NCBI RefSeq assembly: GCF_018350175.1
Contig: NC_058375.1
Coordinates: forward strand, 38,564,001-38,628,000
Length of the DNA stretch: 64,000 nt
Origin: Felis catus
Taxonomy: Eukaryota
Direction of reading: 5' to 3'
The first letter of the stretch is position 1, and every line of letters begins with the position of its first letter. The position numbers were made by a program, and so were the translations under genes. The notes under the pieces were generated by a model. That model made no database searches, was not told where the DNA came from, and saw nothing but the letters and a program-made list of their open reading frames with translations. Positions 11,379 through 23,750 of the stretch are shown one piece after another.

Positions 11379-12095
11379 GAGAAGGGCATTTTGACACGGT
11401 TGTTTTGATGCAAAAAGTTGCAAAATGGTCGCATCAAAATGTAAAATGCTTTTGAAAATTAGCAGGTATTGTGTGAAGCCACTCCCCAACACCCTGCCCC
11501 GGGCATGTCTGACCTGCACTCTCCTTCCCTCCTACCGGCTCCCTACTGCCCCTGCTCCCCTCATCGCCAGCCTGGACCTGGAGCCCACCCAAGCCTAACC
11601 TCTCCCCTCCCTGCCTCCCCTAAGCCCCCTCAGAAGTCTTACCAGGGAGGGGGAAGTTTGGGGGCCGAGGGGAGGTAGCCTGAAATGTCTCCTTGGCACA
11701 TTATCTGGTAACGTGTTTTTTTTTTTTTTTTAATTTTTTTCAACGTTTTTATTTTATTTTTTTTTGGGACAGAGAGAGACAGAGCATGAACGGGGGAGGG
11801 GCAGAGAGAGAGGGAGACACAGAATCGGAAACAGGCTCCAGGCTCTGAGCCATCAGCCCAGAGCCTGACGCGGGGCTCGAACTCAAGGACCGCGAGATCG
11901 TGACCTGGCTGAAGTCGGACGCTTAACCGACTGCACCACCCAGGCGCCCCTGGTAACGTTTTTTAAAAAGGCTGAAGGTGTAATGGTTTGTTTCCTTGGC
12001 TGTGTCAAAATGTCCCCATATCAAAATGGCTGGTGTCAGAGGAACTACTTCAACATGGCTGAAACAAAAGGACTGTGTCAAAACGGTATGAACTC
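11379..12095. mobile_element. Unassigned fold-back/TIR element with 14-15 bp subterminal repeats, interrupted by a SINEC
   Basis: Left arm ttttgacacggttgttttgatgc is inverted relative to a right-arm array of about six gtgtcaaaatggct-like units; central inverted repeat at 11611-11629 and 11660-11678. Confidence 0.5.
11716..11950 (-). mobile_element. Young felid SINEC (SINEC_Fc-like)
   Basis: CpG-rich, near-consensus antisense copy ending ccacccaggcgcccc; TSD tggtaacgt at 11706-11714 and 11951-11959. Confidence 0.97.
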
Positions 12096-12824
12096 TGCAA
12101 AGGAGCCACCTGGCGTGTACCGGTCCTTGAGAATGGATTTAAAAACATACACCGTTGTCAGTGGCTTAACAAAAAATCAGCTACCCTTAACACCAACTCT
12201 CCACGTGGTAATTCCTTTTTGATCCACTGAGGATGTTTCCACCACTATAAGGATCAGAGAAGTTAAGGATGCTGCCTGAATTCACACAGCAGGCCGCAGA
12301 ACACAGATGCTTAGAACTGAGTATGGTCTAATTAACCTCCCCCAGTTTACAGGCAAGTCACCAAGAGAGAAAGTGACTTGGATTTTCACGTGTTGGACCT
12401 GGAACATGTGATCAGCTCTTGGATAACCTCTCTACCCTATGCACTGGATTCTGGATCGCACATCACTACTGGGTTCCAGGCACACTCTCAACAGAATGGA
12501 ACAGCCGCTGACAAAGCTTAGCTAAAGCTCCAACTGCTAAAGTCCTAGGCATGCCACTTGAAAATTGGATTGGGCAAGTTCTCAGTAAAAGAAGCTTTAG
12601 TGTCCAACCAGGCAGGTTGTCAATATCCCATTAGCCAGGCAGCCTACTGGAGCAGGAAGGCCTCTTGGTGGCCCCGGTACATATTGGGGAAGGAGGACTT
12701 CCGCTGTGTGGGGCACACTCACAGAGCTATTTGCATCTATATCCACAATTGGTATTTCTGTCATCTGCTGAAGAAATAAACCTCTGGTTACCTGAGTTAG
12801 GAAATGATCTATCCCTACTATCTT

Positions 12825-12863
12825 TTTTTTATGTTTATTTATTTCTGAGAGAGAGAGAGAGAG

Positions 12864-12923
<60 letters not shown>

Positions 12924-13054
12924 GGTATGGGCAGAGAGAGAGGGAGACAGAATCCCAATCATGTGGGTCTTGAACTCACTTGCCATGAGATCATGACCTG
13001 AGCCAGATCCAAGAGTCGGACGGACGCTTAACCGACTGGGCCACCCAGGTGCCC
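12825..13054 (-). mobile_element. CanSINE with expanded (GA)n tract (about 12847-12916)
   Basis: Antisense SINEC body; TSD tatccctactatctt / tatccccactgtctt. Confidence 0.95.
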
Positions 13055-13519
13055 TATCCCCACTGTCTTAATGACTTCATAGCTTAGACTGAATGGAGTC
13101 TAGCTTGAGTAAAATAAATTATAAAAACTTAATTTACAAGAACATATTTCCAGAGGGTGTGTTTACAGAGGGGTGTTATCCTTGGCTAAGGCTTCTAGGA
13201 TAAACCTGGACCCTTGATAGAAATTCTGCCTCGGATTATCCCTGGGGCACATGGACTGGAGCCAGGCCAACCTGGGTTTTAAGCTGTGTGACTGAGGTAA
13301 GCTGCTGAACCGCGGTTCACTCAGAGGCTGAGGAGAGGGATGTAAATTATAGGGACCCACAAAGGTAGCCCCTGGTATTGCTGGTGTCAGAAGCCGCAGG
13401 CCCATCGTGGGCCAGACCGTTGCATCTAGGAAGGCGCCGGGGCCTGAAGGGTCAGGCACGTGTGGGCTGAGCTGAGAAGCGGTCTCACATAATGGTTGCA
13501 AGCAGGGGCTCGGGCACCA

Positions 13520-13720
13520 GAGCAGTGACCCCACTGCCATCTGGGTATGTGACCTTGGGCAAGCTACTTCACTCTGTGCCTCCCTCAGCCTTCTTGTCTG
13601 TAAAATGGGGGTCATAGTGGACTATCTCCTAGTCGCACCCTGAAGAGTAAAAAGTTGGTCATTTGTAAAGCACTTAGTGCAGTATCTGGCACCCAGTGAA
13701 TCTTATATTGATGTGCGCTT
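13520..13720 (+). mobile_element. MIR relic
   Basis: tgtgaccttgggcaagctacttcactctgtgcctc...tctgtaaaatggggg...tgtaaagcacttagtgcagtatctggcac. Confidence 0.9.
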
Positions 13721-13871
13721 GCTGAATAAAGTACTGATTAATGATACCCATTCAGGTGCCCAGGTCTGCAGAGGGAGATGTTCATCTTGGGATCCTCCTC
13801 TGTGACAGGCACCTATGGATAATTATTTGATACTTCTCTCCAGATACATAGGCAAGAAACACATTTTATAC

Positions 13872-14021
13872 TCTGGTTCTTAGTCCTGACTGCATATTAA
13901 AACCACCTGGGGAGCTTTTTAGAAATACTGCTGCCCAACTCTCCTGCTCCAGCCAAGGTTCTGGGGACAGAGCTCAGAGAAAATTATTCTTCTAATGTGC
14001 AGTCGCAAGCAAGAAGCACTG
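13872..14021. mobile_element. MER5-type hAT-Charlie MITE
   Basis: tggttcttagtcctgactgcatattaaaaccacctggggagcttttt...ttctaatgtgcag...aagcactg. Confidence 0.7.
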
Positions 14022-17000
14022 GTCCAGCGTGAGATCCAGCGTGGGCCAGGTCTGGGTCTCTGTCTTACTACATCATCAGTCTCTCAGATGGCCTCGCAGC
14101 CCCTCAAGTCCTAAAATACTGTAATCCAGGAAATCTGGAGGACTCAGGAGGTGGCTTAGGATGGCCCTGATCAAACTACATTTGTCATAACAACAAGGAG
14201 AAGGTATGGGAGTGAGTGGACAAGGAAATATGCATAGATCAAGCAGATAATTTCTCACAGACACCGTCCCTTCCTGGGAACAGGACAAGATTACTAAGAT
14301 AATAGAGGTGTGTGTGGCTCCTCTGGAACTTCCAAAGCTAAGAGCAAACAGACTGGATTTATAGCAGAAACGGAGTCCACCTGCCTGAGAAGGAGGAAAG
14401 GCCTTTTTCCAAGGACAAAGGAGGAAGATTAATACATTTGCAGTTGGGGGACATAGAGGGCCCCAGGTACATGCATGCCAGGATACTGAAGCAGGTTCCT
14501 GGACACTAGAAGAGAAAAAGGGAAATCATGGTAGCTGAGCATCTGGTCTATGCAGGCCCCAGGGGGCACACTGTGTATCTAATCTCATTCCTTCCTGGAA
14601 CCTCCTGGAGAGCAGGTGTTCTGATCTCCATCCCATAGACCCACAGGTGGTGAGCAGCTGTGCCAGGATCCAATCCAGCTCGCTCTGATTCCAGAACTCC
14701 ATGCTCTTTCCCCCATGGCTCAGTGCCTCACTTATCCAGAGTTCCCTGTTCACATAACCTCACACACCCAGAACACACAAAGAGCCCAGAAGGAAGCATG
14801 AAAGAGTTGAGAATGACCCAAATCCAGACCCAGAGTCTCACATTAAAGGTACAGTCGAGTTTCAGGAGAGCTTATTTGGGACACTGGGGTGACAGGGAGA
14901 GAAATCTCACTTTCTGGAGCAAAGTGGGAGTTCTCTAAAACTAGTCTGTAAGCACAGAGTAATACAGGCTGGGAACTGGCAAGGTCACCATGAGGAGACT
15001 GAGGACCTCCCAAGACACGGTTGTCGACTGCCTGACCCTATGAACACATCTGAGGGAAGCAGGGGGCAATTGGCAGTGAGCTGATGCCTTTGAGGAGCTC
15101 TGACAGGGCTGCGACAGGCCTTGCCTGTCTCTGTATGGGGAGAGGGCAGCTCGACAGCCCTGAGACGCGGGGCCTGCTCACTGGGAGTGACCCCGTGGTA
15201 GGGGTGACCACACTGGGTGGCCGCAGCCATGGGGCCCACCCTTACCCACCCCTGAGACCCTTCCCTCTCACCTCTCCACTGTACTCACTCAGCTGCCTCG
15301 TTGCTGTTACCCAGCTTCCCCCTGGCTCTCCCTTGTCCATGCTATTTGTCCCTTGTCCCAACCTGTGAGGAGGGCCAGGACTCTCACTAAGGACCAAACT
15401 GGCTCCACAGCCCCCATCTCTTCACTCAGCAGTCTGAGGGGAAAATAACACCCATCAGAAAAGTGCTGTTCCTTTCCACTCTCACATCTTATGCCGACCA
15501 TGTGCGATCACCGAGCCCTCAGGACGACGAGACAAGGCAGTCACGGGGCTGCTTCCCAGAAACTTACCATCTAGTACCCAGCGAACATTACAAAAATGGA
15601 AAGCGAGTTTGCTCGGGAGGCCTGGGAGCTGAGTACAGTACACTCCAGCAGTGTGGAGACTTCGAGAAAAGTGGGTGCTGGTGCTGGATCCGAGAGGTGC
15701 TCCCAGAGAGCAGGTGCCCAGCTGCACAGCCAGTGTCGTGTGCCCAGAGCTTCCACCAACCCAGCTCCCTTGTTTTGGTCAAGTTCAGCCTGGCTGTGCG
15801 CTGACTCAGGGCTGGGCTGGGATCTTTCTCTCTTCCCCCACCCCACCCCCTTGCTGGCTCGGATAGACGAGTGAAGGTCCCACATACCAGAGTCTGCACC
15901 TTGTCCTCGCTGGCACCTGGCACATAGTAGGTGTTCTGTATGCAGATGCTGAGGTGAACAGGACCAGCCACCCTTTGCTCTTTAAGGCCATGTCCTCATT
16001 AGCACCCATGTGATAAACCTGACTTCCCGGGAAAAGCCAGGCTTGCTTTCCAACGGTGCCAATGTGTCAATAACAAGGTGGCAAATGTCTGTGTTCCCAT
16101 CTTCAAGAAAGGCCATATTCTCCAATCCCGAGTCCCCACAGTGTCCTTTCCAAACCCTTCTCCTTAATGCCAGGTGGAGGAGTTCCAGACAGCTATTTGC
16201 ATTTTCAATTCTAGAAACCGTTAATATTTTAAGGCTGCCGGCACCACGGTTTATTAACATATTTACGTGTCCTACCTGCTACTGGTAAAGGGAAATTTTG
16301 TATTTGAGAAATATTCAAACATGGGATAAATTCCCAACTTTTGTTCAAATTCTGCTTTCAAATCCCTTCTCTCAGGACCTCACAGGGCAGTGGGGGAGAC
16401 CATGTGAAAGCGGACACAGATTTCTGGGCGACCGCTGTGTGGACTGAGGGAAGCACACACGACCGGAGCCAGAAAAGCTCTTGGCACATGCTGCAGGGGC
16501 AAGTCAGACCTCAGAGGAGGACTTCAGATTCCAGGGGAACATTTTTGTAGACAGTGGAAAGAACAGGAGAGAATCGGAAGGGCTCTGCTTAGATGCAGCC
16601 CTGTTAATGACTTTTAGTTGTATGGGCAGTAGGTTGAGGTTAAGCTCAAGGGTCTTTGTGTCAGGCCTGAGTTCAAATCCCGGTTGTGACACCACTTGCT
16701 GTGTGGCGATCATCATAATTAACATTTTTTGTGCCCTTTCTGGGTGTCAGGGAGAGGGCAGGCTTTGCAGGCTGGCTCAAGGCAAGCGGGATCACGGGGT
16801 GGGGGGGTTCTGACCTTGCCTGGCTTCCCACCCTCGCACCGTACCCCTGCCCTCACCAGTGTGGGCGGGTTCCCTTAATACTCACAGCCACGCTGCCTTA
16901 ACTCCTGTCACCCCCCCTTTCACAGCACAAGAGACCAAGAACCAGAGAGGTTAAGTCAAGTGCTCCAGGTCACACAGTTGGCCAGCTAGGATTTGATCCC

Positions 17001-18147
17001 TGAGCTTGGGGGCGATGAAACACTGAGCGCCTCCTCCGTGTACTCTAGCGGTGGGTGTGAGGGCAAAGTGGGTGGCCGTGCAGCGCTGGCAGAATTTGGG
17101 CACTCGGGAAGGCAGCTGCTGTGGCTGCTACTGCCTTCCAAAGCCTGGCTCATTAATCTCTCCATCACTGGCCCCTGATGTCTCTGGCCAGAGGCCCCGT
17201 GCCTCTCTGACTCAAAGCCCCTGCACCACTGCCCTCCTCCGTGTGTCCCTCCTCTCCTGTGCCGCTGTCACCTCCCCCTTTCTGTTCACTCCCAGTGCCT
17301 CGCACTGTTCCTGGCACCCCGTAAGGCTGCAGTCAGGTTTGCTAAATGGATTGAAAGAAAACAATATTAGCCACACCGATTCCCAGAAGAAAATGCTTGC
17401 CAAAGATCTTTAGCCTGGACGCATCAATATCAAAATGACACAGCTATAATTTGCTTTCAGATTCAGACTGGGAAGGTGAACTTTGACCCTGTCAAAAAAT
17501 GAGAACAAATTAAATTGAAACACAAAGTCATTTCCGTTGTTCCAGGGCTCTGGATTTCTAATTAATGTGCAGCGTACCTCTGAGGGCTGCAAGGGGGTCT
17601 GCGAGGTGGCGTCGGCTCCCTTGCAAACTGAGCAGGGCTCAGGAGAGCGAGCGCCTTTCGTTCATTTGTTTGTTTATCTTCTGGATGTATTGTGCTTCTC
17701 GTGGTACATAGGTCTATAGATGAGAGCTGTCCCAGGCGATGAGAAAAAAAATCATTGCTAGAAGCTGACCTTGTGCAAAAGAACACATAACAAAACGGCC
17801 CTCAACACAATCACTCACCTGCTCTGTCCCGGAGGGGAAGTCAGAAATGCCAGACGGATCAACAGCAGCCGCCCTGCCCCAGCTGAGAGGGGAGGCCCCT
17901 GTGGGGAGGCAGAGGGCAGAGGTATCTGTCCCCACCCTCCCGGGCAGCCACTACGTCACTCAGAGTCTTGGGAAGGCAGGATGCCCAGACAGCGGTGAAT
18001 GACAGAGACTCACTCAGGCAACAGGGGGGCAAACAGCAGTTACAGGCTGGGAAAGGAACATGACTTTGAACAGAAGGCGGCAGTGCAGGCTGGGCAGAGG
18101 TTTTCCAGGAGGTGGCCCTCACTCCTGCTTGGGGAAGGGAGGGACGG

Positions 18148-18337
18148 GGTAGTGTTCTTCAACCCACTGAATCCCAAACCTGCAAGAGGGAGAATCACCT
18201 GGTGCCCTTGTTGGAATCACAGGTTCCTGGACCCTACTCTAGACTCACTGAATTAGAATCTGCAACAAAGTGTCCAAATCTCTCTATGTTTTTTAACTAG
18301 TGCCCTGGATGCTTCTTATGAAGTTACTGGAGCACTG
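18148..18337. mobile_element. MER5-type hAT-Charlie MITE
   Basis: agaatcacctggtgcccttgtt...caggttcctggaccctactctagactcactgaattagaatct. Confidence 0.7.
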
Positions 18338-18364
18338 ACACTTTCCTTTGGAGCCCTTGGAATA

Positions 18365-18520
18365 CTGTCTGGCCTTGGAGAAGTCACGTTCCTTCTCTGA
18401 GCTTCCATTTCCACGTCTGTACAATGGGGATGGGAATCCCTGCCTCTCAAGGCTGTACTGTATCTAAGGAAGAACAAGGTGAGTATGTCAGGGGTGTAGA
18501 TAGTGCCTAGCACTCAGAGG
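18365..18520 (+). mobile_element. MIR relic
   Basis: ccttggagaagtcacgttccttctctgagcttccatttccacgtctgtacaatggggat. Confidence 0.8.
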
Positions 18521-19023
18521 ACACGTGCAGTGTGTGAAGTCCTCCCTTGTATGTGTGAGAAGGCTGCTGTCCTCCAAGCCAGTGTCCCCAGTGGTGCCTA
18601 GAGTCCCTCTTCCTTTCCTCTAGTTTTTGACTCACAGCCACTGAGCCTCAGCCTCCCTTGTCCCTGCCCCCCAGGGGCACTGTCGAGTTCCTGCCCCATC
18701 CAAGGAGCCAGTGCCACAGGGCTCCAGAGCATTCAGCAGTGCAGGATGTCAGGACACAGGTTTCCTCAGGGAAAGCTCTGCGAGGGAGGCTGGGGTGGAG
18801 GTGACCTCCCAAATCCTTGACACAATCAGCCCGGGCTGACAACTGATCTTCCAGATTTCCACTCCCCACCTCCAGGGCTCCAGATAATCTCAAAACAGTA
18901 GGCCCAGTCTGGGAACAGGCACTCTCAGTTCTGAGTGGGGCCTCAAGGGGAGAGTTCTTTCCCTGCTCATGCAAGTCTGTAAGAGATAGGGTTAACTGTG
19001 TGAAGAGATGTAGGCCACAAGGG

Positions 19024-19290
19024 TGTGTGCGAGCTGAATTATGTCCAGAATTCGTATGGTGGAGTCCTCTTTCCCGGGACCTCAGAATGTGACTGTATTT
19101 GGAGTCAGGGTCTTCAAGGAAGAAGTGAAGACACAATGAGGTCTTATGAGTGGGCCGTAATCCAAAGTGACTGGTGTTTCTTATAGGAAGAGGAGATTAA
19201 GACACAGCCCTGCTCAGAGGGAAGACCATGCAAGGACAGAGTGAAGGCGGCCATCCACAAGCCCAGTAAAGAGGCCTCAGAGAAGCTGCC
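19024..19290 (+). mobile_element. ERVL-MaLR LTR (MLT1B-like), 3' part missing
   Basis: gctgaattatgtcc...acctcagaatgtgactgtatttggag...taatccaaagtgactggtgtttcttataggaagagga...cagagggaagaccatg...gaggcctcag. Confidence 0.85.
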
Positions 19291-21722
19291 TTGCAGGCAT
19301 CCCAAGCTCACGTCTCAGGACCGCCATGTGTGACTATGACAGAAGGTTTGGTGCAGCCTCTTTCCCTTGGCTCTTTGACCCTGACTTTGGGAAAAGACTG
19401 CCTCAGTTTTCCTCATCTGTGGAAGAGGCAAATAGTATGTTTGACTCACAGGTTGTTAACGCAGGCATGTCTCCAAGAAGATAACAGGATGATGACCCTG
19501 GCATTTACTGAGTATATATGACACATGCTATCTCCCCTCCCTGTTCAGCTGTGCAAAGTTGGACCCGGCCAGTAACCCTTCTGAAACTCGGTTTTATCAC
19601 ATAGGAAATGGGCATCACAACCTTTGGCCACGTCATTGAACAGAGCTGCTGGGAAACCCAGCAAGGCAACACATGTGACAGGTTCGAGAAAGTACAAAGC
19701 GCCTTGCCGATGGGGGAACCATTACTTCCAGGCAAAGCGATGTCATCTTCCCCAAGGGATGCTGTTAAACTGAGACCTAAAGTACAGAGCACTAGAAAGA
19801 GCAGTTTCGACACACAGGCTGTGGGTCCAAGTCCCAGCTCTGCCATTTCAGTGAAACCATGGTCACGTCGCTCAGCTTCAGTATCCTGCCTACAAAAGAG
19901 GAATGGGGACACCTCTGACAGAAGAGGTGACTACTTTCCATGCAGGCATCCCACCAAGTCCCAAATGATTCCATGCACTGCTCCAGCTCACCAAGTTTTC
20001 CCTCCTGCCCCCGCCTTCCCCATGGCTTCGTGTGAAGTCATGCCAGAGGACTCACTCCAAGGTTCTGAGAGCTCTATTTCTTTCCCATCAGAGTCCCATT
20101 CTGATACAGACACCATGCCCTTCTAGGAACCTGACAGAGAGGACCAGGGCATGGGCCCCCTCAGCCTTCAATTGGGGTCATAGGAGACTGTGAGCCCAGT
20201 GTCCTATAGCTCACGATGTGCAATCCATGTGTGGCCTCCTTCTAAATCACAGTGGACTTCTGGCTTCTCCCCACCATCCAAGCTGACTCACAATCAGGAC
20301 AAGAGGAAGTATTGGGGATGAGGCAAAAAGCACAACAATAAGGCTGTCCAAAAAAAAAAAAATCTCTTTCCAGCAACACTCATCCAGGGAAGGGTGTGTG
20401 CCAGGCTGGGCCTCACAGAGAGGCTGGGGAGGGCCGGATCTGCTGTCCCTGAGGGCCTACATAATTCTAGGTCATCTGGCTCTACAAATAAGTAAAAACA
20501 TTAAGCTGTCACTTGAACCACTGCTCAGAGGGTGAGGTCAGAGTTTATTGATGAGCCACTGAGCATTAGCTCTGTAACTGCATATAGTCAACAGCTGATT
20601 TACCAAAACCACACTGGATGTAACTATTTTACATGGGGGAGGGTGGATGAGGAAGATGGTCTAATCCATCCTTCCAGTTTTGAGGCAACATTTTGAAAAT
20701 TGAGTAAGTAAGCACTCATTGGAAGTCATGTGACTTTCTGTAGTGCCCCCAGAAAACGTGCCCAGAGAAAAATCATTTCTCTGGCTCCGTAGGCACTCAA
20801 GAATCTGGCTGCCTAGACCACTAGGTGGGCAGTTTCAGAGACCTAGTCTCCATATCCTGAATGGGATTAGTGATGGGGAAGATTGTCTTTCCCTGCCAAA
20901 GGGTTGCCATTATGACTATAGTTGAAGACTCATGGGTTGTGTCCAATATGTGTGGATGACTGCAAAGTGCTCTCAGACCTCATGGATCCCTTACTGGGGT
21001 TGGCTTCTGCTACCGGGCCAAGTCTGTGTGGGTCTAGACACTGGTCAGGAGAAGACTTGCCAGGAGGCCTACATCAGTGAATAGTCCAAAGTGGAAGGGA
21101 GAGAAGAGGAAAGGAAGGCAAAGTCAAAGAAAGAATTGAAGCACTTGCCTGCCCATGGCCTCAGGCTGAGTTCTGACCCCAGACGCAGCTGATACCAGGG
21201 CTGACTTTTGACTTGGACATCAGACTAAGCTTTCCTTCAACTGTGGTTTGTAACATAAGTGGTTGATAATATGAGGATCAAGTGGGGTTCAGGGAAATAC
21301 CCTGCTTATTTGGCTCTCCATTGGTCCTGGAGGAAGGAGCAAGCAAGTACCTTAACTCAAGTAGCACTTAAGCCTAGCATTGCAAAAAGGCAGCATCTAT
21401 CTAATAGCTTCAAGATGGCAGCCCAAAAGGCCATCAGATGCCACAGCTAATCAAAGAACAGAGATTTCTTTGTGCTTATAAAACAACAGCTATCAGAAAA
21501 GGACCTTGGGGAATTTATCAATTGACAAAATAAGGAAAAGAGAGAATCTAAGAACAACTGCTTCAGTGTTAGAGTATAGGGAACCTAAGTGGGACAGAAT
21601 CAATATAGACTTCTTTCTGAATGTTCTCTCAGTAGAAGCCTGGCATGGTAGAAGACTAGGGAATCAGGGGACCCGGTTCGTGTCCTGCCTTCATTCCTGG
21701 TGTACATGAAGACACTGTGTGT

Positions 21723-21990
21723 GAGGAGTTCTGAATGCAAAGGCCTACTGAGGCCGGGTAGGTTCACAAATGATTTAAGCAGACATGTGCAGATGGGCTA
21801 CGGGAGAGCCCACGGTGCATGCCCTATCTAAAGGGGACAGCCGTCCTCAGCAACTGCCAGTTATTGCAGTGTAGGAATTAGGCCCCAAGTTCTATGACCC
21901 TTTCATATAATTTTTCAAGAGATACTGGGAATCTTGAGTTTTATGTGAAATTTCTAACTCATGCAAACTAGTTTTTCTTTTACTTTAAAG
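21723..21990 (-). mobile_element. MER102-like hAT-Charlie element
   Basis: gcatgccctatctaaaggggacagccgtcctcagc...tttttcaagagatactgggaatcttgagttttatgtgaaattt matches antisense MER102. Confidence 0.8.
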
Positions 21991-22611
21991 CAAAAAAAAA
22001 AAAAAAAAAAAAAGAAAAGTCCATGGGCTTGGTACACTTTTCTGTCCTTAGCCATGGAGCCCTGAAAACCTTAAGGAGCTGGTTTTACTATTTCATCTGA
22101 CTGTAACTCACTCTTTGGGTCTGACTTCCTACCTTGAATATGAGAGGAGAGGGAAAGAACTTTTACCAGGATATTCCTGCCTGCAAAATTCTGGGAGTCT
22201 ATGACTCCCAAACCCATCATCTCCCAGCCTTGTCAGAACAAGATGCCACGGGCTCCATGTGGGCAGGAGGGCTCATCCTCCACCCTTTGCAACCACAAGG
22301 AGTAGAAAACTAATAGCACTTACTGCTGGGGTACAAAGAACCTCATGGTCTATGACATAGGGTGGGGACTTGCTAGCATGCACCGTCTGGTCGGCATGGC
22401 CTCCAGAGACACCAAGCTTTGCCACCAAAGGGTTACTTGACCTTGATAGAGTCATCTCCACTCTCTGAGCTACAGTATCTTCATCTAGCTATACAACCAC
22501 CTCAGCCACCTCTGAGGGCCTCGTCAATGCTCAGGCTCTGCTCCAAGGCCACCCTGAGTGACTGTGCATAAGGACGGAGGACAGCCCCTCATTGCCTGCA
22601 GTTGGCAAGCT

Positions 22612-22657
<46 letters not shown>

Positions 22658-22664
22658 CGTGCAC
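22612..22664. repeat. (GT)17(GC)5 compound microsatellite
   Basis: 53 bp of uninterrupted purine-pyrimidine alternation. Confidence 0.97.
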
Positions 22665-23619
22665 TCCCAGAAGGCTTGGCTGGGAGTCATGTCAGCATTA
22701 GACAGTACTCAGGGGCACGGGGAGAGAGGGTGGTTGGAACTCATGGGGGTCCAACAGAGAGGGGACAGGGAAATGTGGGTCATGGAGGGAAGGTCAGGGA
22801 GGAATCAAGTGAGGAGCAGATAGAGGTCAGGAGACCCGCAAGGAGAGGGAGACAGACACATGGGCAGATGCAGCCAAGGCAGAGAAGCAAGCAAATTTGG
22901 AGAAGGTGAGAGACAGCACCGAAGGCGCGTGGAGCGGGAGAAAAGCCAGGGGAAGCTGCCAAACCATTGGCTTCAACTACAAATTTAACTGGGTGTCCAG
23001 AGACTGTCAGGCTGGGACGGAGCAGCACGGCTCACTGGAGAGGAGAGGTGGAGGAGAAAGCACCCCCACAGTCTCTCGTGTCAGCAGGTGAGGAGTCTGC
23101 ACTGCAGGCTGCACCCCGGACTGACACCACCCCAGCCTTGATGGAGGGAGGCAGTGGGAAGAGGCTGTCCATGAGAATGAGATTCTCTGGTCTGGTGCTG
23201 GGATCTTGCGTGAGGATGGTCAGGCTGTCATGGAAAAGCCCACAGGTGGGAGTCTGAAACCCAGAACTGCTCATTAGCATCTGAATGACCTTGAGTCTAC
23301 TTCTTCACCTCTCTGAGCATCACAATCCTCCTGTGAAATAGGGGCCCTAGTGCTTCTGCTGCCTCTGTGCTCACAGAGTTTCACAGCTCCATCACAGGTG
23401 ATGAGTTGTGGGGTACGGCCAGAGGCAGGCCAGCACTCCCCACTTTTTGGACCCTGCTGCTGCTGACACTCCTGTGGGGCTGGCAGGCTTCCCTGAGTCT
23501 CTGCTCATGTGTCCCATCACAGGGGAGTCCTCTACAGAACAGCAGTCCTCCCTGACACCTATTTCCTTGTCTGTGTGTGTGTCCTTCTTCCCCGTAGCAC
23601 TCCTCACCCCCTGATGTGT

Positions 23620-23750
23620 ATATATTTCTTTTCTCCCATTGGCATGTAGGTTTCATAAAGATCGCAACTTTGCCATTTTACTCACTGCTGTAACCCCCAG
23701 ACCTAGAATAGCAGGTGCTGAAAGGACACTTGTGGAAGGAAGAAAGGAAG
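23620..23750 (+). mobile_element. L2 3' end relic
   Basis: tctcccattggcatgtaggtttcataaagatc...actcactgctgtaacccccagacctagaatagcaggtgct. Confidence 0.7.

Noticed and set aside
12002-12088. Regularly spaced short repeats as a CRISPR-like array
   Set aside because: Eukaryotic DNA; units are contiguous 14-15-mers with no unique spacers and no cas genes
19608-20126. 172-aa ORF
   Set aside because: Runs through MIR relics, with no recognisable domain and no splice context
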